Part shown: one piece after another, positions 1 through 14,564 of the stretch
Numbering within the stretch: the first letter of the stretch is position 1
Layout: each line of letters starts with the position of its first letter
Assembly: GCA_051362555.1 (NCBI GenBank)
Contig: CM120642.1
Coordinates: 33,728,001-33,792,000, forward strand
DNA length: 64,000 nt
Origin: Lingula anatina
Taxonomy: Eukaryota; Animalia; Brachiopoda
Reading direction: 5' to 3'
Made by a program: the position numbers and the translations under genes
The notes under the pieces: model-generated
Seen by the model: the letters and a program-made list of their open reading frames with translations, nothing else
The model's database searches: none
What the model was told of the DNA's origin: nothing

Positions 1-1296
1 AGTACTCCCACATCCAGTAAATCTTGATCGCTCTTTCAGCTTTACTGATAAAGTGCTATGAAGAAATCTACAGTAACAAATTAGTGAAGCTACTAATTTT
101 TTGACAACAGTAACAATTTTTGAATTAAATGATAGAAAAATTACAATTTTTTAATTAAATGATAGAAAACTTTTTTTATGATAAAACAAGACAGATGATT
201 ATTGTAAGAAATGATAGTTGTTATATCCCCATTACTGTCTAAAATGTAGTGGTTATGTTCCTTCAGTTGGTCATTACCCGTGGGTAACTAATGGAGAATA
301 TTGTTGGTCTGGGTAAACAACATGATATTGTTTATGATCACTGGTGCTGATAGAGGTCTGAATACTTCACAGGGCCAGCTAACCTGGTCAACCACTGGTC
401 AACAGAGAAAAAAAGGCTAATAACCCTACACTTTTCTTGTTTTTATCCCTCATTATAAAAAGCTAATAACCTGTGCTCTAGCTGCTCTACCTCCTTGTTT
501 TTGTCCGTTATTTTATGATAATAAAACCCAGCATTGGTTCTGTTCACATGGTACAATTCAATCCTGAGCTAAATCAAAGATGTATTAAAAATCCAGCATG
601 TATTCTGACACAGCAAAGAAATAATTGATTCACTGAAAAACAGTAGGCAAAGTCTACAGCAACAGATAATGCAATCAATTATCTGAATAGACCAAAGTAC
701 GGATTACACTGTTGTATTCAGACATGTAAGAAAGCACTCACGTGTGCTTGGAGATGTGATGCTCCAGGTTGTGGTTTGTGTGAACACAGCTTATTTTCCT
801 GCTGGCTGAGCAGTTAAGATTAAGCACAACAATGTGGTAGATGTTAACAGTGAAACATGGAAGATGTAGCAACAGGTGCTAAGAAAGGAAAGGTAACAAA
901 TTACTTGACCTTGAAATTATACTTTTATAATTGTGCTATTGCTGCAATTATAGGAAAAGCTGCACTAAGGGAGTTCACACTTTTCCTTTCAGCATTTAAG
1001 TTTGGTATTATATCATAATTATAATTGGTGTATAGGCGCCTGTAGAGGTGCTGTAGATATTGTGGTTGGTGGACATGTTAGTATTGGTGGATTATTATTT
1101 GATTGTTCACAGAGAGTTATAGGAGGTCTTAGTGGTTAAAGTTAAGAACTAAATAATCCAGCCATGATGATAGTTAAGATAGAGCAGGAACAGGGAGGAG
1201 ACATCAGATATAGATGATAACTGTATAGCCTTTTCATTTTGTTCTTCCTTGTTTTATTTATGCTTATATTTGAAATGTTCTAGCAGTCAGATATTA

Positions 1297-1519
1297 AACC
1301 CCCTTTACACTGGACGGCGTCCTTTCTGCGTCCTTTCTGCGACCATGAAATTTGGCATCACTCTGGTCTAAATAAGGAGGCACGAGCATTGATTCTGTAT
1401 CAGAATGAATGCTCAATGATCGGCCAGTTGTCGGCATGTAAAGTATTATAATTTTTTAACTCTCAAATGGGGCCGTACTGCTGGACGCAGAAAGGACGCC
1501 GTCCAGTGTAAAGGGGGCT
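1297..1519. mobile_element. Non-autonomous PIF/Harbinger-like MITE
   Basis: ~37-bp terminal inverted repeats (aaccccctttacactggacggcgtcctttctgcgtcc / ggacgcagaaaggacgccgtccagtgtaaagggggct). Flanked by TTA at 1294-1296 and 1520-1522 (3-bp TSD). Confidence 0.75.
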
Positions 1520-4266
1520 TTACCAATTATCAGACTGCTATCTGCTTATTTTCTTCATTTCACTCTTAGTATAGTACTAGTAGGGTTGGCGTGGAAAGAG
1601 CATTGGTCTTGTGTGTGTTTTACTGCTTGACAAAAATAGTTTTAACAGCTTTCCCCACTGTTAAACGGTCTCTTCACGCCAGACTGACCTTTGTGGTGCA
1701 AGTATTTTACACTCCACCCCTCTCAAGTGCGGGGTTTTACAACATAGCAGAATATATCTGATAAAACGGGAGGATGCTTTTGCTTCTTCTATTTTACCTG
1801 ATAAAACATGTACCAATTATTGGAGCCTTCTCTCTGAAGCCAAGCATGTAATGCGTACGTTGCACAACTGTTTTGTTACTGTCCCCAAATTGGTCCAAAC
1901 GATTTTATTTATCAGATTGACATTGAAAAAGTCATTGAAAACTCATTGCACAAACTGTACAGCTTAATAATTGGGTGAAAGTGTTACATTTACCAAATGT
2001 TCTTTCTCTAGGACAGCCTTTTCATTAAGAAACTCATGTTAAAAAAGGTGTGAAAAAAATCTTCAATTTGACAAAACTTCTTAGCAGGATCTAAAGGGAA
2101 ATATAAAAAGTTGCATTAAGGTTGGTTAATGACCCTGCACAAAAGATGAGCCCATTTTTATCCCACCCATTTACGCTCCTCCAAACAAACTAGCATGTTC
2201 AGAATGAGAAAAAATGCACTTGATACATCAGCACCCTTGAACTTCTATAAGAACCTCTTTCCTTTCACACGCATCCCATGTAATAAACCACTTACACAGA
2301 TCCATTTTTACCACAAAGCACTGGAAAGAGGAACTGAAGTTATATGTGTGTGTTAGACTTTTCTGGGTATATTATAAAACATAATTATATTGGTGGTGTG
2401 ACTTGCAGTGATGTTCCTAAGTGATAAAGTTGCGTGTTAACTTTTTAAGTTCCCATAGTATATATACAACGTATAGAGGCAGCACCAGGTTTAACAGTTA
2501 GCAGGTTTTGGGGAGGTAGGTTTATGTGTTGTTATATGTATGAGTAGATGTGTGTCCCAGGTAGTTTATGCATTTGAAGATCTATGCAATTTTTTATGAA
2601 ATTTATATTTTAAACACCCAAAAAACACCAGAAAAACAAATGGAATCCATGGTTAAAATGTAAAGCGATCTGTAAATTTCTACTTAGCATAGTTGCATGT
2701 GGGCAGGTGGGACTACATGGGAGGGGGGACCACAGTAAAGCAATTAGACAGTGGGATCTAAATTCCTTTGGCTGATTGGAAATTTTATTTTTTGCACAAG
2801 GTAAGACCAAGTATCATGTGATAGACCAAGGTGATGTTTGTTCAGATATACGTAGCACATTTCTGAATATGCTGCTAGACCGTTGGCGGAATAGAGAGAT
2901 TACCAGCCTTCAGTGTGAAGAGCTTGAGCTGCAGGCAAACAAGACATTTTCAGACTACCAAGGCAGCGCCACTTCTCTGGCCTTCCCTTTTCCATTAGCA
3001 GATTATGCTGTTCTGTTAGGGCTTTTAGTGGTTATCCCACCCCAGGAAAGATAAACTAATAACAGCTCCAAACAGTAAGGGAATACAGCAACCATGTTGT
3101 TCACTAGCAAGAGTTAGTTGGCTGATGTTCAGAAATTGAAAAAAATTAGCTTACATTTGAAAGCAATGTGGAAAATTAAAGCACTCAGCTATCCACAATT
3201 TTTCTTTATATATATATATATGTATAAAAAATGAAACCCATAGTCTTAAAACTCAATAGCAGTGTCTCCCTCAATGTCAGAGATACTCCTGTCAATACTG
3301 TGTATATCAGACCCCATGTGAACAGACACAGCAGGTGCCCTGACTGGTATGTGAGGCATCCATGTTCCTGGCCCCAATTTATCCCTGTTAACCTTACTGA
3401 TATGTATAAGTACCAGGACTACAGCAGGAGGGGGTGAGTGTTCAGTGCTGCCCCAGTAGTTAATAGATGATGCAATATAGGCACTAAACCTCTCACCACT
3501 AAGTGGTTTTGGAAGATAAGCCTGATTAAGTGTTACTTCAGATTACTCAGACCTGGGCTGTAATGTGGTCAGAACTACCTGTCTGTCTGACCACAAGTGA
3601 CACGAGGGAGGGTGTCTTGGTGCAGTCTGTGTAGGTGCCAGGGCAGGGGTGAGGACAGGGTCAGGGAGGGGTCAGGGTTTGGGAGGCAGGGGGCACCGTA
3701 GAGGCTTACCACTGGGGTCTATAGATATGCTGTTCAAATATTTGGGAATTATACACATCTATTCAGAATTGTTTTATTAAAGTTATTTGATATCTTTTTA
3801 TGATGTAGATGATGGTTTATATTTTTTAGTGTATGTACATAACAAAAGTCAGTTATGTCAAATTATGATAATATGTACTGAGACGGAAGTACATAACAGT
3901 TCTTATAAAGGATTTGTTATTGTTCTACCTGTAATTGAGATGGAATGTGGACATTTGATATCAGGGGTGACACTAAAATGTTTTCTTACACAACAAGATT
4001 TAGAGTTAGTATCATTGCGACAACTGATACAATTGATGACCGTTACACAAAACTCATGCCTTCTGTCTGTACAATGTTTCTTTTACTGCCAGACAAAAAT
4101 ATACACATTGCAGGTTTCCTAGACTTGAAAAATAAGCAAATCATTACAAGATGTACAATTATCACATGTACCTATTTACCTCAGGTATTAAACTGTACTG
4201 GAGTAGATATTTAGTAGGCTTATATAATATAAAAGAAGTTTAAAATGCTCTATATCCCTCTCTCTC

Positions 4267-4267
<1 letters not shown>

Positions 4268-4321
<54 letters not shown>

Positions 4322-4341
4322 ATGCACACACACACACACAC
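4268..4341. repeat. (CA)n microsatellite
   Basis: Directly visible, with one interruption; followed by poly-C runs at ~4382-4416. Confidence 0.95.
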
Positions 4342-5065
4342 TTAATTCCTATCAGTGTCAGGTTATGTGCTACGTGCTCCTCCCCCCCCCCCCCCCACTC
4401 CCCACCCCCCACCCCCAAGGGGGATATCAGTAGCAAAGTACAATGGAGGTTGACCACATGTAAGTATAACAGTGCCACTACACTATGATCTACAAATAAA
4501 GATAAACATCTCAGTCTGTAGACAAAGTGCTGTGACCACATATTATTCTAGTGATATCCAGTACTACAAAGGCTGACAGGTAAGTTCAGTGAAAACTCTG
4601 ACCACAAGGTTTTGTTATGAAGTGTCACATCGTGGAGGATAACAACAGAGTATTTGTTAAAGTTTTTGTACTACACAAACTCATCCAAACCACTATTGCG
4701 TACACCTCAGTTCAGCTGGTGCTATGGTTTCTAGCTATGACCACTGTCCTTAACAGCCCGCTGACCACTGGGCAGTGACCATTGGGCAGTTTGTTTGTTG
4801 AAAACAACCAGATGAACATGTTTTGATAGCAGTACTGTACCAATAAGCATTCTGAATTATAGGGTGTGTATATTATAAATCCACAGATATGAAAGCACCT
4901 GTTGGCTGGCTGGGACTGAATAAGTAGCAGTCACTCAAGAGAAAATGATAAAATACTCAGTTGTAGTGGGGCAGGTGCTCTATGTACTGGAGGAGGAGGA
5001 GGGAAAGTCAGAGTTGATGTAGTACATATATTGTTAGGGGAGGGGAACTAGTGACAGGCCTGCAG

Positions 5066-5072
5066 TATATAA
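5066..5072 (+). promoter_or_regulatory. Candidate TATA box of a TRIM2/3 first exon
   Basis: TATATAA in a G-rich context, ~390 bp upstream of an ATG-containing exon that ends in CAG|gtaaca at 5504. Confidence 0.4.
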
Positions 5073-5453
5073 GGCTGGCGTTGCAGTAGGAAGGGAGACT
5101 TTTGTGGATAACACTAGAGAGCTTCACTGGGCACCCAGTGACAGAAGTTTATCATTTTAACAGTGTTCTGTAGTAGTTTTTTATATATATTATTATCAAA
5201 GCTTTTTCACAGTGCATTAGAACAGAGAACTTTAAGTGAAGAGTGGGATGTGCTTGTCTCAGTTTTTACCCACTTTAATCTAAGCGTAGGTGACATCAAG
5301 GGCAAATCTGTATATGATATCTGAATAACAAGACTAACGCAGCAGTTTTTAAGTGGAAAATATCCTCAGTAACATATGATCAGGACACTGGAAAGAAGAG
5401 AAGTACATTTAGTGACAGACATAAAGGAGATTTCTCTGATATCAGGTGTGAAA

Positions 5454-8400
5454 ATGGATTATAACAGGTGGCCAGACAAGAACCAGTTTTTGGAAGAGCT
5501 GCAGGTAACAGAATAAGAATTTCTTCAATTTGTTTCAGTTTTTATGTGCAGGTGTTTTAACAAGTTTGATGATATGGAAGGTATGAGCAACCAACCTGTG
5601 TATTTACCTATATGTATCATTTTGCTACTTTTTTGTTATAACATTTTTTAAAAATTGTAAATGCTTTATTGGTAGCATGATTAACAATAGATTGTCCCTT
5701 TAGATTTGTGACTTTTTAAATCAAATTATCCTTGAGTTTCATTTCATTTTTTTCATTGTTTTTTTTTTCTGACACTGAATACATTAGCAATTCAATAAGG
5801 AACATTATGTGTATTAATGTTTATGCAAGTTGGCATCATTCTCAAACTTGTGTGTTTTTTTCTTCTGGTATAATGTCTTTTTAAATGGGAAAACTTCACT
5901 TGAAGTCTTTTTAATAGAGGCTTGTTAGAGCAAAGTTTTGCTTTTAATAGAGGTTTGTGAGAGCAAAGTCTTGTTTTGCACATAAAACTTAATGTCTACA
6001 TTAATTTGATTACACAAAGCAACATTGAGCTTTGAAGTTGTTCTCAAAGGTAACAGAACTTGTGTCTAACGTGTGAAAACAGCTGCACTTGGAGGAAGTG
6101 ATTTGTCAAAATAGGCGTAGCCTTGCTAGAAAAACATGAAATTAGACTTTTTAACATTCAAGCAACATTTATTACCACAGCAGTTTTTTGAAAGTTTTGT
6201 GAAGTCGGCAGTTCAGCAATAACAAACTCTTTGAAGATATTAAACCCAAACAAGTGCCATTTGACTTTAGACACATCAGTAAGAAAGTGTGTGGTAAGGC
6301 TGATATATTCATACACACAGAAACACCCCCAGGTTGTTTTCTTTCACTTAAATTTTGTATGAATAAAAAGGTGAAAAATGCGTCAGGACAGGCCTTCAAT
6401 TAAATTAAGTTCAACAATGGTCAAATGACACCTTCATTTCTGTTTTTATCATAGAGGTGGAATAAATGATGAGATTTTCAAATAGAATTATTGAAGTACC
6501 TTGACTTGTGGTGATCGCCTGTGGCTATGCAATGCAATACAAGAGGCAAAGCATTTAAAAACACTCTTTGTATATATTATCATAAAGATAGCATAAAGTT
6601 AAACCCGACACTTGTTGTTAAGGTTCTTAAGTTAAATCATGCTGGATTAAGCGGCTGAAATCTGATGGTGGTGTTGTCCTGACGTGGCCACACAGTCTGT
6701 TCACTTTGCCCGTCACAATCACTGGGCTGTCACCAATATTTTGTCAAAAGTCATTCAGCGTTTTACGGTCATTGAATGTCACAGTCACTGAACCGTCACT
6801 CTTACTAAATGCCAGAGTTTAGTGAGTTGACTTATGGATTGAAAAGGTTTAAAGGATTTATCCTAACCTCTTAAGGTGAGTCACACTTTTTTCCATCAGA
6901 TAAAGAGAAAAAGATCTTACACAGGTCTTATTTTTCTCAATAAGCTTCTTTAGTCTGCCAGGATCATGAAAGCCTGCTGAAATGTCAGAATCATATAATG
7001 GACTTTAAAATTTAAGGTTTATCAATACCTCTGTCTGAGTGGCCAGAGTTATTATTTCTTTGTTAATATGAATGTATGTTTTCAAATATTTTTCAAAGAC
7101 TTAGTGTAGGTATGATTTTTGAAGTGTCTCTTATTGTATATTACAAATGAGCAAGTTAACTTTAGAAACAACTAGAGATTTAATCTGGTCTCTTAAGGTG
7201 AAGATCCCTATTGTCACTGGAATGAAAAGAAGTAGTGCAACGACCAGATGTGTTGACTTCTTGGTAGGAAATAACCAGAACCCATTTTCTCAAGATACAA
7301 GATTTTTTCTTCTAATAAACTTAACTTATGGTATGAAGAGAGACAGAACACAGCATGTAAAGTGGATCCTGTATTTCATTGTATTACAGTCACTGAATTA
7401 CCTGTAGCTTATGAATTTAACAATATTTGTCACAACCTCTTACTCCAGTGATGGGGTATTATTAGCAACTGCAGTGAGGATAAAACCAGAAACTTTGCTC
7501 TGGGGATTAAATACTTCCTAAGATTATAAAGATTGATCAATTTTCAGTTCAGTCTCACAGAGTGGGGAGTGTTGTATAAAAGAGCAAGCAGCTGTGATTT
7601 TGTTCTCCAACAGACTACATTGCCATTAGTCAAGTAATAAGTCTGCATGAGAAACACATTGTTACCTTGACAAATCTGAGACACAAAATTGTCAGCGCTT
7701 TCAATAGAGGACATGTACAGGTCAACGGCATGCTGAGACGCAGGGTTTATGTAGTTGAATGCTTGAGTTTAGGCTTAAGTCAAGAGGCTTGACCCCATGA
7801 CACCAGACTTTGTCAACTAAAGTTACTGCTCTATTGCCTGTAGCCTGACTGGAGTTAGATATAAGGACAAAATTGCTGAATCAAAAGATTATTCTGTGTA
7901 CAATGGGTCAGAAAGGTGCTTCTCAGAGCAGGAGGTGACATCTTACTGAAGGCCTTGAAATGGCTGGTTATATTTTTGTATTGTGCAATAAGAGAAGGAA
8001 GGACTTGTGAACTGCAGTATTGAGCCAGTGTATTGCCACTGGAGTGTGATTTGCACTGTTCAAAGGTAACTCAATCAGTGTTTCAAGTAATTTATAGAAA
8101 AAAAGTAAGAAGATTTTTCTGTATGTGTGTTTCAATATAATTGGTTCTAGCACCTTCTGATAGATTTAACTAAGTTAATTTACAGCACACATCAGACTGA
8201 ATTAGTTCTTTTCTCAGAGTGAATATTACTTCAGATAGGCTTAACATGATTATGTAGATCTATCCAGTTGAGCAGACTTTATTTCATCATAAAAAAAAAA
8301 CTTGTATGTTGTTGGTCACAGAATTCAACCAGCTGTAGTGAAACTACATAATGTTAAGTTGCTTTCTAAGTTTATCTGTACATTTTCTGTGAAGTAAAAA

Positions 8401-11400
8401 GGCTGAGGTTGATAAAACTTGTAAACCACATTTCATTGTTTAGACTACATGTTGTGAACTGTGATATGAGAGAAGAGATCTTCAGCTATCCACAAGATGC
8501 ATTGTGATTGTGATAGATGTACCTAACATCCTGATTGTGTTTGGATGTGCTCTTTAAGATTGCTATGGATGCTTAACCATATAAAAGCATGTAAGGGAAT
8601 GACAAAAGCATATATTGCAACATTTATTTTTTTTAACTGAACAGTTCAATAGGATATAAGTATAATGAATCCATTATGAGAACCAGTCATCTTTATTTCA
8701 GATGTTAACATGTTATCCAGACAGATGTTACTTCCCACAGTTTATCTTTACAGGTCATGTAGTATAGGAAAACCAGTCATTTCCACGAGCTCAGTATTGT
8801 TATCTTAATACTTGGTTGTATTCACATGGTTGTCTTAGAAGAAGAATAGACTTATTGACATTATCAGGTTCCAGATTACACAGAGTTAAACCCTGCTCCT
8901 GGTCCAAATCTACTGCTCAGTCGACTGTCATAAGTTGGTGCCAGTCAGTTCGGTTTCAGTCACAATTTATCCCAATGTAAACAGGTGACATCAATACCTG
9001 TACCACCATAGCAACCTTACCCAGTAACAAAGACTTAATTTTGTGTTTTATCTTTCCAGGTCGTCATGGCAACAGTTAACTCCACCAGGATGGCCAGCAA
9101 CATTAATGTGGTCAAACAAATCCACAAGCAGTTTCTGAGCTGTGGTATCTGTCTACAGCAGTACACCAACCCCAAGGTACTGCCTTGTCTCCATACCTTC
9201 TGTGAACTCTGTCTCTACGACTACATTCCCTTAGAGAGTCTCTCTGTTAGCTGTCCTCTGTGCAGGCAGCAGTCAATATTACCCCAGGAAGGGGTGTCAG
9301 GACTACAGTCTAATTTCCTTATTAATAACCTGATGGAGATGCTGGAGAACCCTCAGTTGTGCACCAGCTGTGACAGTGGTGCTGTGGCCAAGACAAAGTG
9401 CACAAACTGTAACCACTCACTCTGTGAATCCTGCTCACAGCTACACAAACAAGATGTTGACTTACAGACACATGATCTAGTCAGCCTGGATAAATTATCA
9501 CCTTCTGAGTCTAAAGAAGGAATGCTGCCCCAGCTTGTGTGTCCCAACCATCAGGGAGAGTTGTTAAAGTTTTACTGTGCCTCCTGTGATACCGCAGTAT
9601 GTGAGGAGTGCACAGCGCTGGAGCATCACGACCACCGAATTACGACAATGGAAGACGCCATACAGGAACACCAATCAGCTCTCAGGAATTTGATCCACAA
9701 TGCTCAGGCCCGTATCCCTGTGATCGAAGACGCCATTACTGTGGTCAGTAGTGTGTCCACTGCGCTCTGTGATAAGTTCAAGGAGGCAGAGATGCAGATA
9801 AGTGATGCCTTCGATGCACTTAATGAACTCATCGATCAGCGAAGAAACAAGTTGCTCTCAGACCTGGAGTCCACACACAAAGTAAAGCAAGCTACCCTAC
9901 ATTCACAGAAGCAAACTCTCCTGGACATTCTGACTAATATCAATGACTGCTGTCAGTTGACGGAGAAAGCTCTCACTCATGGCAGTGAGACAGATATCTT
10001 GCTTATGAGGAAAGAGATGACAGCTAAACTTAGCGATCTCTCTGCTCTAGAGGTGCAGTGTATGCCTGAGGAGAATCCATCTCTCAGCTTTGTCGATTGC
10101 AATTTCTCAGATGTTGCTGAAGTAGTGGAGAAAGTTGGCAAAGTGGAAACCAACAGCGCGGTGGCGTTTGAGACCACAGCATCTGGAGAAGGTCTGCGCA
10201 GGTGTTACACAGGGAAGAAAGCCATGTTGTCTGTCACCACTAAGAACCGCCATGGAGAACTGCTCAAGGTCGGCCACTGTTCACTCACTGCACAGATCAC
10301 ATCAACAAATGGTGAAGTCTTCACTCCTACTGTCATAGACCAGAACAACGGTACCTATGACCTCACGTATATTGTGCCGAGTGATGGCTCCTATCAGCTG
10401 GAGATCAGGTTGTATGGTCAACAAATCAAGGGATCTCCCTTCAGTGTCCAGGCCTACCCACCCCCAGCTAGTGGTGAGAGACCCCTCAGTGCAAGCAAGA
10501 TTCCCAAGACGCTAGCCGTCAAGCAGAAGGGAACCAAGCGGCCACCCAGCTCAAAGTCGTCAAATAGGAGAAGTAACCCCATTGATGATGACTTGATATT
10601 GAGAGTTGGCGCCAAGGGGAGGAACCGAGGGGAGTTCAGCAATCCCCAAGGCCTGTGCACCACTCCCAAAGGTTTGATCATCGTGGCTGACAGCAACAAT
10701 CAGTACATGCAGGTTTTCACTAACTCGGGGGATTTCAAGATGAAGTTTGGTGTTCGAGGTCGCAGCCCGGGGCAGGTACAGCGCCCCACGGGAGTGGCAG
10801 TCAGCGCCAACGGCAACTACTTAGTGGCAGACTACGACAACAAATGGGTCAGCATATACTCTCCTGATGGCAAATACCTCAACAAGATCGGAACAGGAAA
10901 ACTTATTGGGCCCAAGGGTGTCGCAGTGGACAACAATGGTCACATCATTGTTGTGGACAACAAAGGAAGCAGCATTTACATTTTCCAGTCTAATGGGAAA
11001 CTCCTCCACAAGTTTGGTACCAGAGGTAATGAGGAGAACCAGTTTGCTGGCCCACATTACGTAGCAGTCAACAGCAACAATGACATCATCATCTCTGACT
11101 TCCACAACCACTGCATCAAGGTGTTCAACTGTGAGGGAACATTCCTGTTCAGTTTTGGCTCCAATGGAGAGGGCATGGGTCAGTTTAATGCTCCCACAGG
11201 GGTGGCTGTAGACAAACAGGGGAACATCATTGCGGCTGACTGGGGGAACTCTAGGTTACAGGTGGGGACAGCTTTGTGTTTTGTTTTGTCATTTTCATTT
11301 AGTTAATTATCCCAGTTTAAATACTCCTACCTTGTATTTTGAAAACATTGATTTTCGTAACTGAAAATTGTTTCATTTGTTTTCTTTTAATTTAATCTCA

Positions 11401-11783
11401 TTAAGTCACTGAAAATTGTTTCATTTGTTTTCTTTTAATTTAATTTAATCACATTTAATTTTTATTGGAAAAGTAAAGTGATTCATAAATCATTGCCTTT
11501 TTACCAGTAAAAACTTTAAATCTTAAAAATATTAATACATCTTATTGTGAGAACTGTTGGTGTTTATGAATATCAGTACCATGCTCACACTTTGTCCAGT
11601 TTTTCTGAGATATATCATCTTACTTCCCAGGTATTTGACCAGAATGGTTCCTTCCTGGCCTTTGTGAACACTCAGACGGACCCCCTGTACGGTCCCCAGG
11701 GGGTGGCAGTGACCAGTGACGGACATGTGGTGGTCTCTGACTCTGGCAACCATTGCTTCAAGATCTACAAATATCTCCAGTAG
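5454..11783 (+). CDS. TRIM2/TRIM3: Tripartite motif protein 2/3-like (RING, two B-boxes, coiled coil, filamin, NHL repeats) E3 ligase
   Basis: Exons: 5454-5504 ([17 protein letters not shown], putative), 9060-11261 (ccag|GTC GTC ATG, in frame) and 11631-11783. RING is CGIC...PCLHTFC...CPLC. NHL repeats contain F..P.GVAV. The C-terminus CFKIYKYLQ resembles vertebrate TRIM2/3. ~801 aa, or 782 aa from Met at 9066. AATAAA near 14322/14357 suggests a ~2.5-kb 3'UTR. Confidence 0.92.
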
Positions 11784-14564
11784 AAATCTTGGTTTCCCTG
11801 CTCAGAGGACATCCTGGTTGGCTGGGAATAATAGACTGTCAGCCTCACCCAACTGACCAGTGGACTGACCTACTGACTGATATCCTTACAAAATTCTTCC
11901 AAATATTTGTAAAAATCAGGGATTTGCTGTTCCATGTTGACCACTGCTAGGTATCCACACCTGCCTATAGATGGCGTTACTGGGACATTCAATATAGAAA
12001 CGCACCTCAGTAGAGATGAACATCAGAGCACTACTTGCTATTCCAGCAGCCAATGCATTAAGGCCCGTAGCATGATCAAGTGTTTTGTGAAATCCATCAT
12101 AGTTTTTCTGCAGAGACGGACAATTATCAAGTGCCATGAAAGGATCTACAGAGTGGCCCTGCTATGTTAAAATCCAGGGGAGGGAGAGGGAGAGGGGGGG
12201 GTATGCACCTGCTATCATAGTGCACAGAAGACTGCAAAACAGTGCCCATGTTTTGATTTTTTTTTTTTTTTTTTTTCATTTTATTTATGGATATTTTGTA
12301 ATATTTGCTCATTTTTTCTGTAAATGTATAGTAAAGGGGTAACTGAAAAACATTAAAATACATGAAGTAGGCTATTAAGGAGGAACCTTTGTACATTAAT
12401 AAGATGTGGGTGTAATCACAAAGGCACAGAAAAGTTCTAAATGGGTGTATTTCTAGTCTCAAGTTGATTTGGATTAGCCCAACTTTCAAAGTGGGGACAA
12501 AGAGCAAGTGCAAATGTATCGTGTTTTCTAGTCTATGGTGTAAATTAAGCGTTTTGGTGTGTGTATTGAGATGGTACATATTGACAGCATTACAGATGTA
12601 CTTGTATATATCAGCTATATGATCAATACTGCAGATGTGATAGTAGGTAACTAGTGACAGTGTTAATGTAAAGCCATGTTGCTTGCATGTATAAAAGAGA
12701 CAATGTAGCACCTGTTGTCAGGTAAATTAATAGACAATTTATAAGTGTTGACTGTATGCCATAGAGATAACCAAGCCAGTCTGAAGACTGTGAGAGCTGT
12801 GGTTGCTCATGCCTGGTTCATTTTACTGCATGTAGCTGCTGTCTCATTAGTTATGTTTAGTTATTTATTAATGATATCTTCATTCATGTAACTATTTGAT
12901 CTTTAAATATGAACACTTTGCTCTTAGTTTGCTTGCCAATAAGTAGTCCCTCTTGTGCAGTAGGTAGATAGAACGGATTCCAGGAAAACCAGAACAACTT
13001 ATACCTCCACCCTAAAGCCATATTCTCTGTGGTAAATGTTATTTCAGGATGACTGCTTCACACACTAGCAGCGCCAGGATTTCAAAATTGAGATATGGAT
13101 AAGTTTATTCCACACATTTTATGTATATCTTTTGCATCCAATTTGAAGAAAAAAAAAAGAATTTACCTGGGACCACTGTGCATTATAGTTTCAATTCCAT
13201 ATTCCATGTTATATGTAAGAGTTTACTGTGCTACATGGAATCAGTCATATATGTGTCAGAATTCAATTTCGTATTCCTAGGAGAGGTGTTTCACTGTCAG
13301 AAATGTGTTTAGATCATTCATTGTGGCAGTCTTAGTAAACTTTTCATATCATTAACCGATGATCCGTGTATTGTAATTGTGCAGATTGTAGAGCTTAGTA
13401 ATGTAAATATGTAAAGTATTCTGGAGAAATCTTCTCTGTTGCATACTAAATGGCTAGGATCAAATTATTGTACAGTGTCATGGTCCTTGGTGTATTTTTG
13501 TTTATAGTGTAAATATGTTATTTTTGTCAAAGGGCAGTGCGGTCAATGCAAATATAATGTATAAATGTGAGGATACAGTTAAAATATGTGTGCTGGCAGT
13601 TACATGTAGTAATTGCTGTGGTGCTTCCTAGGACGTGTAAAGTTAGGGGCCTAGTTACAGAATGCTTGCACTTGACTTAAACTTTTTATTTTGTTAACTA
13701 ATTTCTGTAAGAATGTGCAGAATTCAGAAGCTAGGCTTTCCATAGTTATAACTGGATAACCTTCAGTTCACTCTAGCACCCCACTCTGTTCTCCTGCACT
13801 CTACTGGGATGGAGTAATAACAGTTTAGAATATAAATGCCACTTGTCCTAACTAACATGTATTTATTCACATATTTCCAATCCAAACTAAACTGGTAATT
13901 TATACCTAATAAGTACCTTTAGACTTAGAACAGTGAAACTTAAAAAAATGTTTACTTACATGTACCAAGTGGTGAAAGGAAGGAAGAACATACACGCTTT
14001 TGGTGTACAAAAGATTTACTTGATATTCTCAATTTTACAATCATAAGACGCCTTTTCTTGATTAGGAAAGAGCACATCATGTGTCTGGAAAGACCACAAA
14101 GAAAAAGAAATTAGTTACTTTTGGTTGTCACCTGCCGATAATTATTATTGTAATGTTTATTGTTGTTTTCAGTTAACGTGAAGTATACGTGTTTTTGGTT
14201 ATTTTGTGACTAATGCCGAATGCAATTTGTGGAACATCAGGTCACGTGCAAAGAAATTCCATGACATTTTTTTCTCTTTTTTAGTTTAAGATGTATTTTG
14301 TCATTTGCTTCATAAAAGTCAAATAAACTACTCAACCTGTGACAGTACTTTCATTTTACTCTATCAACACCTCATCAATAAATAAACAAATTCACAAAGA
14401 ACGAATAATCATGTCAAGGAAAAAAAGCAATTCCAGATTTTGGAATCCCGGTCCGCTTACCTCTCTATGCTGTGTCTTAGTCTTAAAACGAAGGGAAACT
14501 ACAACCAGAATATGTGACTCTCACGACTTCCAAAGTTTTAAAAATGTGTCAGTTATTTCTGCAA

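Noticed and set aside
4188-4541. ORFs with CV/HT/YI dipeptide runs (also 40167, 52709, 60550)
   Set aside because: Microsatellite translations.
2610-8153. Short ORFs upstream of the TRIM main exon
   Set aside because: No recognisable domains or consistent splice structure; likely intronic or upstream sequence.
11262-11306. C-terminus [14 protein letters not shown] of the 746-aa ORF
   Set aside because: Intron read-through; the true end is exon 11631-11783.
13002-13007. let-7 seed match in the TRIM-NHL 3'UTR (lin-41-like regulation)
   Set aside because: A single 6-mer is expected by chance, and the protein is TRIM2/3-like rather than TRIM71.
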